Positions 57,198 through 64,000 of a DNA stretch of 64,000 nucleotides are shown here, in pieces. The stretch lies in contig CAZFYO010000003.1 in assembly GCA_964523525.1 (NCBI GenBank), forward strand, positions 92,911 to 156,910. Reading direction: 5' to 3'. The notes beneath the pieces are model-generated. The model had not been told where the DNA came from and ran no database searches. It worked only from the letters and a program-made list of their open reading frames with translations. A program made the position numbers and the translations under genes. Origin of the DNA: an uncultured Elusimicrobia bacterium. GTDB lineage: Bacteria > Elusimicrobiota > Elusimicrobia > 2-02-FULL-39-32. The number at the start of each line of letters is the position of its first letter. Within the stretch, counting starts at the first letter, position 1.

Positions 57198-58292
57198 ATG
57201 GCGCGCGAAATCCGGCCCGCTCTGAGAACGGGCGTCAGCGTCAAAGCCCAGCTGATCGCCCGGCTGCGCTTCAGCCACGTCCTCACGCTTTCCGAGAAGG
57301 AATTTGCCCGGATGATCAGCGACATCGAGAATGATCCGCTTTTCCAGAAATTTCTATACCCCAAAGATTCCGGACCCAAGGCCATTTTCAAGCGGCGCGT
57401 CCCGCACCAGCGCCTGTCCCCCGCCTTCTACGAAGCGAAGGACGAGATCAGCGCCGGCGCGGAAGGCGTGGACGTTGAGAATATCCTGGAGCAGCACCGG
57501 GGAGTGATCGATTTGATCCGCAAAATCGGCCAGGAGTCCTTTGAAAAGCATTTCCTCTACAAGGAGGGGACCGAATCCGCCGCTTCCATCGCCGAGAAGT
57601 GCGGGGTTTTCCCGGAGGACGTGATGAGGGTTCAGGCGGCGGTCACCCAGCTTTCCGTGCATTCGGAGTTTTTCAATCCGACCACACTGCCGGCCGAAAC
57701 GGGCCTGCGCTACACCCTGATCGCCCGGATCGACCCCGATGAACAGGGCTCGTTCTGGATCTCGTTCACGTCGCCGCACCTGGCGGCGGGGCGTTACGTC
57801 ATCAATCCGGAGCGCGTGGACGCGCTCAAAAAAGATTTGGCCGCCTCCGAAAGAAAAGCGGTCACGAACCTGATTCAGAAGCTGGAGCTCATCAACCTGC
57901 GGCAGGACACCCTGCACAAGATGCTGCAGGAAGTCCTGGTCCGGCAGAAAGGCTATCTGAGCTCCAACGACGCGTCGCGCCGCCTGCCGCTTTCCCAGCG
58001 CGACATGGCCGCCCACCTCGGCGTTGCCGCCTCCACGGTTTGCCGGGCGCTCTACGGAAAAAGCGTGCTCGCTCCCTGGGGCCGGGAAATGCCGCTCAAG
58101 GATTTCTTCGTCAACAAGAAAAACGCCGCCGAGGAGTGGGTCCGGCAGATCCTCGAGGAAATGCCCGAGGAAAAAAGGGACCAGTTGAGCGACAATGATT
58201 TGCGCGGCCTCCTCGCCCAGCGTTTTCGGTGCAAGGCGTCCCGCAGGTCCGTCAATCTCTATCGCCGCGCGGTTGAACAAAAATCAAAGTAG
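57198..58292 (+). CDS. rpoN: Compact sigma-54-like factor (RpoN family), about 365 aa
   Basis: Region-I-like N-terminus (VLTLSEKEFARMISDIENDPLFQK), sigma-54 HTH (LPLSQRDMAAHLGVAASTVCRAL…LKDFF) and RpoN-box-like C-terminus (SRRSVNLYRRA). Shorter than typical RpoN. Confidence 0.65.
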   Translation: MAREIRPALRTGVSVKAQLIARLRFSHVLTLSEKEFARMISDIENDPLFQKFLYPKDSGPKAIFKRRVPHQRLSPAFYEAKDEISAGAEGVDVENILEQHRGVIDLIRKIGQESFEKHFLYKEGTESAASIAEKCGVFPEDVMRVQAAVTQLSVHSEFFNPTTLPAETGLRYTLIARIDPDEQGSFWISFTSPHLAAGRYVINPERVDALKKDLAASERKAVTNLIQKLELINLRQDTLHKMLQEVLVRQKGYLSSNDASRRLPLSQRDMAAHLGVAASTVCRALYGKSVLAPWGREMPLKDFFVNKKNAAEEWVRQILEEMPEEKRDQLSDNDLRGLLAQRFRCKASRRSVNLYRRAVEQKSK

Positions 58293-58466
58293 TTTCTCCG
58301 ACGGAAAAGTGCCTCCCGCGGCCCCAAATTGTTACACATTATTTACATTAACTTCAGGTCTAATTTAACTCCCGACTGATATACTTTTGGCTCTGACGCA
58401 GAGCTTAAATAAGGAAAGGAGAACCTCCTGAAAGAGGCCAGCCTCGGGAAAAACCGTCCAACCGCC

Positions 58467-61400
58467 GTGAATCGGGGCCGCAAAGCGGTCGCCTGCGCTC
58501 TCGTGCTGTCCCTTTTACAGTCCGTGCTGCTCGCCCCGGCGGTTCAGGCGGGGTTGTGGCAGGACCGCCGCGAAGCGGCGAAGTCGCTTCCCTTGCTGGC
58601 GCAGCTGCCGGCGGACCTGGCCCCTATGGGTCCGTCGAACTGGCAGATGGACGCGCCAGCCAGCCCGCTCGCTTCGAGCCTGCAGAATTTCGCCGCTCCT
58701 TCCTGGCTCCGAAACCTTCCCCTCCAATACGCCAGTCTGAGGCGTTTGTCATTCCCGCCCGGCTGGAACCCTTCCGACCCCATCGTCATCCATATCCAGG
58801 ACGTGCACCAGAACGCCGAGGCGCAGGAGAACATCAGCCTGACGCTGCGTGAGCTGATCCGCGGGGGCCGGTTGAACCTGGTCGCGCTCGAAGGCTCGTT
58901 TGAAACGATGGATTTCAGCCGGTTCCGCTCCTACGAGGACGCGGATTCGGTGCGAAAGGTAACGGACTATCTGCTGCGCGAGGGGAAAATTTCCGGCGCG
59001 GTGCATGCCGCGTTCGCCAGCGAGAAGGCCCCGCCCAAATTTGCCGGCGTCGATGACCGCGAGCACTATTTCGCGCATGTCGATGCATACAAGAATTCGC
59101 GGGGCGCGGCGCAGGAAGTGAAAAAGGCTCTGGCGTCCCAAATGCAGGCGCTGGAAACGGAGAAAGCCGCGAAACTGAACCCCGATCTCAAAGCATTTGA
59201 CGCCGCCGTGCGCGATTTCCGCGCTGAAAAAACGAAGCTGGGCGCTTACGTCCAGTTTTTGACGGCCCGAAGCAAGAAGACCCTTCCCGAGGTCCAGAAA
59301 TTCCTGAAAGCCTTCAAAGCCGAATCGAGCCTCGATTTCGCGCGGGCGGAAAAAGAGCGCGGCGAGATCATCAACAAGCTCGTGAAGAACCTCGGCCGCG
59401 ATCAGGTCAACGGACTTTTGAATGCCAGCCTCTCTTATCGCGTGGGCCGAACGCGCCACGGCGATTTCTACGTCTATCTCCGCGATCTTTGCGCCAAGAA
59501 CGGCGTCGAGTTTGCAAAGTACGCCGCGATGGACGCCTATCTCCAATATGTTTTGTTGTCGGACAGCATCAACGCCGAGAAGCTGCTGCATGAAGTGGAT
59601 TCAATGGAAGCGGCGGGCTATCAGGCGCTCGCCAAAACCCCGCAGGAAACCATCCTGATTAAAAAATCCAAATGGCTTCATCTGGCGGACAAGCTGGTGG
59701 ATTACTCGCTGTCTCCCAAAGAGTGGAAGGAATATCACTCGATGCGGGACTTGGGAGATTCCATGCTGCGCGATCTGGAGCCTTTCGAGGGATTCTTTAA
59801 AGAGGCCCTGATTCGCGATGAGGCGATGGCCGCCAACTTCATCCGCTCCATCGGGACGGATAGGAATGCGGCGGCGGTGCTGGTGACCGGCGGATTCCAT
59901 TCCGAGGGCATTGAAGAGCGTCTGAAACGCAAAGGGATCGCGGTGTTGACGCTGGCACCCAAAATCAGCAAGGTCGAGACGAAAGACGGCGCGGCGTACC
60001 TCAACGTTTTCACGCAGGAAAAAACCCCGCTCGAAAAACTCTTCCAGGGAGAAAAGCTTTTCGTCACTCCGGAAGTGTTTTCACATTCCACGGAATTGTC
60101 TGCTGCGGCCTTTATCGCCCTCTTCAAACGGACAGTTGAGTCAGCCAACGACGCATTCCACCGGCTGAGCGGTTCAAAAGGCGCCGCCTACAATATCATT
60201 TCGGTTGAGCTCACTGAGGGCATCGTCGGTACATTGGAAGGGCCGCAGGGCTCGGAGCGCTTCAAAATCCAGGCCAACGATGAATCCATCGAAAGCGTTC
60301 AATTCATTCCGTTTTCAGGCATGCGCGGCGTCATGGGTCTTTTCCTGGGGAAGGCCAAAGCCATGGGCCTGTACGGCGAAAAATTATGGACGTTTGTCAG
60401 CCGGATCAATTCCGCGCCGATGTCGGTCAAAATGGTGATGGCCGCCGCGGTCGCCCTGCCGCTGTCGTTCCTGTTCAATGAAATGGCGCCCGGACTGGTG
60501 ATGATGGCCACGGTCGGAAGCTCGATGGGGCCCGGCGAGACCGGAAACGAAGCGCGCGCCAAAGTGCTCTGGCACATCGGCTTCGCGCCCGTGCCGAACG
60601 CGCCGGAACGGACCCTTTTTCTGCGAAGCGAAGCGGAGGCCGCCCGCCTCATGCCGGTTCCCCCGGCGGACACGTGGGTCGAAGTCCGTTACCTGGGAGA
60701 GCGGTCCGAATTCCTGCGCATGTCCATGTACCGGCGCGATCCGGGTGAGACCGAGGACCAGTTTTGGGGACGGCACATGCGCGATTCCGAGGAACGGAAA
60801 CTTTTCGACCTGTACCTCACCATCGATCCGTCGTTTTCCGACACGGTCTGGCTGAGTCCGGGCAAGGCGTATCCGGCGCTCCGCGAATTGTTCGGCCCCG
60901 GCGGCTATTCCAGCGAGGCCTGGATACGCGACACGCTCCTGCCCTGGCTGACCGAGCGCGGGTTCGTGGAAGTAAAAGTCGGCCTGCAGGAATCCAGCGA
61001 TAAGCTTTTCAAATCCCTGGGGTTCACGAAATTCGGCGGAGGGACGATGCGAAAAGTCCTGAACGCCAAGTTAAGGCGGCGTTCGGCGCGTTCTCTGACT
61101 CGGGCACCCGCGCCCTGGACGCTCGAAGAGCGGAGGAAGGACGCCATCCTGCGGATATTGAACGGTAGGACGGAGTCGGCCAACATTGTCCAGCTGTACG
61201 CGGAATTCGCGAAGGACCCGGCCTTTGAAGACGCGACCCAATCCGAGTTCGCCGACCTGGTGATGCGGACGCCCGCGATCCTTGACCACCCGATGCTGAG
61301 CCGGTCCCGGAGCGGGGCGTGGCACGTAGGTGATATGGCTCAAATCGTGGCCAAACAGCTGGTGTCCTCAAGCGACCGGCTTGTTTCCAGGTTTACGGCC

Positions 61401-64000
61401 GATTTAGCAGAACCCCTGAGGCAGGTTATTCTCTCGGCCCTTGCGAAATCAAGAGAAGCCGGGAGTGGAGGATATCAGACTTTTATCGATAACTTAACTT
61501 TTGAGGATCGTCCGATAAGCGAAGAAGAATATATGGATATGCTCTATACGTGGTCTGAAAAGTCCACTGTTGAATTTAACAGCGATCTTCAAAAAAGAGT
61601 TGAGGACAGCATTGTCAGGCAATACCAGCGCAATGGGTCAAAAGTAGAGTCGAGGAGAGGGGCTCAGGCGCGAGTATCCGGCAAGGGAAATTATTCGATG
61701 ACGGTTCTGATCAGCCAGCAGGGTTATCCCGCTCTGACATTCAACATTCTCTTGTCCAACAGAAGGAGGTTTTTCGCGGATCCGGACAACCATATTCTCG
61801 CCCAGCATCGTCCTATATCGTTCGGCGCTTATAATTACTTGCTGCTCCTCCAATCAAGGGTTTTTGATCTGGATGACGCGATACTTGATCTTGTTATCAA
61901 GCATGAGATTGAAGAGATGATGGTAAAACACCGGTCCAGGAACCGGATCGGCGCGGCGGAGGCTCACCGCCTTGCGCTTCAATCCTCGGGGGATGAGCGC
62001 TCTGTTGGAAAAGTGCAGGCCGCGCTTCGCGCACAGAATCAAAAAGACGTTTCCGTCCGCAGGGTGCAAAAATTCCTGGGATCCGCGATCGACGAATCCT
62101 TCATCCGGGAAAATGTGGATGCGCTGGAATTGGTGTGCCTGGACGCTGACGACTATCTGGAACTCCTGCCTTCGGATTATTTGGAGGTTAAGAAATATGC
62201 AGCTAACGTCAGTCCGATTCATTTGATGCTGGATTTGATATTTCTAAATTGGAAAGACCCCGCGGAGCCTGCCGAGTTCATCGCGAATTTGCCCCGCATT
62301 CAGCGGCTTTTGGGGAAGGATTGGTTTACGCACAATTGGACCAATCTGGTAACGCAGTACAGCCAGATGGGCGCGGAGCAATTCAATGGAATTTTTGAGC
62401 GTCAGAGGAACGATCCTTGGATCAGGAATAAAAGCCGGGACTGGCTGAGAGAGTATTTTCTGGACATTCCCAATATCCGCCCCATGAAGGAGGAAAAGGA
62501 CATTGAAGCCGTTTTTGAAGGCGGCCTGGAAAACAGCGGATCCGAATTTGACGACTTAAGATCCGCGATCCGGTCCTATCCCGATATATTGACCGAATCC
62601 ATCAAGGCAATTTACAGGGTTCAAGCGGTCGATTTCAGGACGGATGACATCGTTAAGGTAGGGGTCAAAAAAATCGGCGACGGCACCAGCAACGCGGTTT
62701 TCCTGCTGACTGAAATCGTTTTGTCCAATGGCAGGGTGGTTTCCCAATATCCGATCGTCATGAAGGTCAGCAAGGAATCGACCTATGATCTGACCCATCA
62801 GGGAATGCAGCAGATCGTTCAGGCCGCGCGGGAGCTTGCCGCTCAGGATCCTCCGCTGTATCCCAGGATCGGGGGGCAGTGGATTTTTGACTATCTGCAT
62901 GAGTTTTGGATTGTGAGCGAAGAGTTTGTCCCGGGTCCCACGCTTTGGAACGAGATAGCAGGAGTCCGGATGGATCCCGATCTCGGCGATGCCGAAAAGG
63001 AAAGAAGGATCATCGATCTCCTTGCCAGGCAGTTCGACGTGTATCTTCGAGCCTGGAAAACGTGGAACGAACGTTCCGGGGCCCCGCATTGGATCGAAAG
63101 CAAATTTATCGGCGATCCCAATTCTCTTAATATCATCGGAAGAATGATTGTTGACCTGAACTCGCTGCAGGAGTCCATGACACCGGCCGAAATCGTCGAA
63201 CAGATGATACCGGAGGATGTTCTGGCGGATTCGTCTCCACTGTATTCAATATTTGTCCGGCTGGCCCAGGATATCATGGGCGGAGACAGCGGCCGCCAGT
63301 TTCTGTACAGCTCGCACAATCTCAAAATTTTGAGCGCGCTGGAAGAGTATGAGGAATCCGAGGCCGAAAATGACGGCGGCATTGAGCCCGTTAACTCTCT
63401 CGCCTACTGGATCGCCGATCTGGCGCGCTTGAGCCCGTCCAAAGCGAGAGCGGTCGGCCTCGCGGGGCTGGCCGTGGAAATCCCGGCGCTGATCGCGGCC
63501 GGACTGGTGTTGCCGTTCTTCGGCATGGCAGCCTTCCTGGGAGTCTTCGCGGGCGCCCACATCCTCCTGGAAAAAATTTCTGCCGGCCGCCAGAACCGCG
63601 GCCCCCCGACTTTACGCCAGACGGCCGCCCAAATCATCGCGTTCCTTCCGTATCTGCTGATTTCCATCGCAGGAATTTTTTCCGACTCCATTTTAAGTCA
63701 GTATTTCCTTCCCGCTCTCACCGCGGTCTTCGTCCACGCGAAATTTGACCTGCCACTGATCACCCGGCGTTTCCCCAAAGCCGTTTTCAGCCCTGCCGCG
63801 GCCGCCGGGCCTGCGATGCGCCTGTCGGGACAGGGATTGACGGCCGCGCAGCACGTCGTGGTCAACGAAGCGGTCGCAGGATTTTTCAACCGTCCGGTGA
63901 CGGCAAGTGAGCGGCGCATGCTGATCCCAAGAACCCAGGACTACCGCGCTCTGGATCCCACCGGCGCGCTGGCGGCGGAAGGCGTCCGCATCTATGCCCT
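58467..64000 (+). CDS. Giant secreted/membrane multidomain protein, 5' portion (frame open to the window end; more than 1,840 codons in window)
   Basis: Frame 0 has stops at 58377-58379 and 58410-58412 and then none to position 64000 (checked by hand at several coordinates). Not in the track, presumably because no stop lies in the window. Strong SD AAGGAAAGGAGA at 58411-58422; candidate starts CTG 58428 or GTG 58467; signal-peptide-like N-terminus (NRGRKAVACALVLSLLQSVLLAPAVQA). Confidence 0.75.
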   Translation, partial: MNRGRKAVACALVLSLLQSVLLAPAVQAGLWQDRREAAKSLPLLAQLPADLAPMGPSNWQMDAPASPLASSLQNFAAPSWLRNLPLQYASLRRLSFPPGWNPSDPIVIHIQDVHQNAEAQENISLTLRELIRGGRLNLVALEGSFETMDFSRFRSYEDADSVRKVTDYLLREGKISGAVHAAFASEKAPPKFAGVDDREHYFAHVDAYKNSRGAAQEVKKALASQMQALETEKAAKLNPDLKAFDAAVRDFRAEKTKLGAYVQFLTARSKKTLPEVQKFLKAFKAESSLDFARAEKERGEIINKLVKNLGRDQVNGLLNASLSYRVGRTRHGDFYVYLRDLCAKNGVEFAKYAAMDAYLQYVLLSDSINAEKLLHEVDSMEAAGYQALAKTPQETILIKKSKWLHLADKLVDYSLSPKEWKEYHSMRDLGDSMLRDLEPFEGFFKEALIRDEAMAANFIRSIGTDRNAAAVLVTGGFHSEGIEERLKRKGIAVLTLAPKISKVETKDGAAYLNVFTQEKTPLEKLFQGEKLFVTPEVFSHSTELSAAAFIALFKRTVESANDAFHRLSGSKGAAYNIISVELTEGIVGTLEGPQGSERFKIQANDESIESVQFIPFSGMRGVMGLFLGKAKAMGLYGEKLWTFVSRINSAPMSVKMVMAAAVALPLSFLFNEMAPGLVMMATVGSSMGPGETGNEARAKVLWHIGFAPVPNAPERTLFLRSEAEAARLMPVPPADTWVEVRYLGERSEFLRMSMYRRDPGETEDQFWGRHMRDSEERKLFDLYLTIDPSFSDTVWLSPGKAYPALRELFGPGGYSSEAWIRDTLLPWLTERGFVEVKVGLQESSDKLFKSLGFTKFGGGTMRKVLNAKLRRRSARSLTRAPAPWTLEERRKDAILRILNGRTESANIVQLYAEFAKDPAFEDATQSEFADLVMRTPAILDHPMLSRSRSGAWHVGDMAQIVAKQLVSSSDRLVSRFTADLAEPLRQVILSALAKSREAGSGGYQTFIDNLTFEDRPISEEEYMDMLYTWSEKSTVEFNSDLQKRVEDSIVRQYQRNGSKVESRRGAQARVSGKGNYSMTVLISQQGYPALTFNILLSNRRRFFADPDNHILAQHRPISFGAYNYLLLLQSRVFDLDDAILDLVIKHEIEEMMVKHRSRNRIGAAEAHRLALQSSGDERSVGKVQAALRAQNQKDVSVRRVQKFLGSAIDESFIRENVDALELVCLDADDYLELLPSDYLEVKKYAANVSPIHLMLDLIFLNWKDPAEPAEFIANLPRIQRLLGKDWFTHNWTNLVTQYSQMGAEQFNGIFERQRNDPWIRNKSRDWLREYFLDIPNIRPMKEEKDIEAVFEGGLENSGSEFDDLRSAIRSYPDILTESIKAIYRVQAVDFRTDDIVKVGVKKIGDGTSNAVFLLTEIVLSNGRVVSQYPIVMKVSKESTYDLTHQGMQQIVQAARELAAQDPPLYPRIGGQWIFDYLHEFWIVSEEFVPGPTLWNEIAGVRMDPDLGDAEKERRIIDLLARQFDVYLRAWKTWNERSGAPHWIESKFIGDPNSLNIIGRMIVDLNSLQESMTPAEIVEQMIPEDVLADSSPLYSIFVRLAQDIMGGDSGRQFLYSSHNLKILSALEEYEESEAENDGGIEPVNSLAYWIADLARLSPSKARAVGLAGLAVEIPALIAAGLVLPFFGMAAFLGVFAGAHILLEKISAGRQNRGPPTLRQTAAQIIAFLPYLLISIAGIFSDSILSQYFLPALTAVFVHAKFDLPLITRRFPKAVFSPAAAAGPAMRLSGQGLTAAQHVVVNEAVAGFFNRPVTASERRMLIPRTQDYRALDPTGALAAEGVRIYA

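Noticed and set aside
56042-58280. Minus-strand ORFs (56042-57391, 57354-58280) antisense to the aminotransferase and sigma-54-like genes
   Set aside because: The + strand frames carry PLP-enzyme and sigma-54 HTH/RpoN-box motifs; the antisense frames are featureless.
58293-58412. Search for a sigma-54 (-24/-12) promoter upstream of the giant gene
   Set aside because: The only TGGC (58388-58391) is followed by GC at the wrong spacing (N12 rather than N10). An extended -10-like element is noted instead, but no sigma-54 promoter can be claimed.
1-64000. CRISPR arrays, rRNA genes, insertion sequences or transposases
   Set aside because: No regularly spaced direct repeats, no rRNA-like conserved stretches and no transposase/integrase-like ORFs were found anywhere in the window.

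Overview
High-GC (~60%) bacterial chromosomal segment, densely coding, with no CRISPR array, rRNA or obvious mobile element. Recognisable content on the + strand from 1 to 19.8 kb: ychF (3' part), rpsF-ssb-rpsR-rplI, dnaB, alr, an Mla-like ABC/MCE transporter (mlaE-mlaF-mlaD), radA, a PIN/TRAM gene, ispD-ispF, cysS, rlmB-like, and a thiol-disulfide redox cluster (ccdA, tlpA-like, yyaL-like). The middle (19.8-48.2 kb) is mixed-strand accessory content: orphan CheY receivers, an HD-GYP regulator, folD, a secreted TldD-like peptidase, metF, yjbQ, yajQ, a receiver-led membrane-protein operon, and a long minus-strand MoxR-DUF58-VWA (Bat-like) operon followed co-directionally by cell-envelope genes, then an SDR gene and nth. 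After a tRNA-Lys(UUU) come a TetR/NmrA pair and a glyoxylate-shunt locus (aceK divergent from aceB-aceA plus a class V aminotransferase), followed by a compact sigma-54-like gene. The most striking feature is a very large + strand reading frame starting near 58.4 kb that stays open to the window end (more than 1,840 codons). It is absent from the supplied ORF track, apparently because it has no stop codon inside the window. It has a signal-peptide-like N-terminus, a low-GC mosaic segment carrying a kinase-like motif set, and hydrophobic helices near 63.5 kb. All product calls come from reading translated ORFs for family motifs and from gene order; no database search was run. My base-level indexing may be off by 1 nt in places (one inconsistency with the track noted near 52.9 kb).
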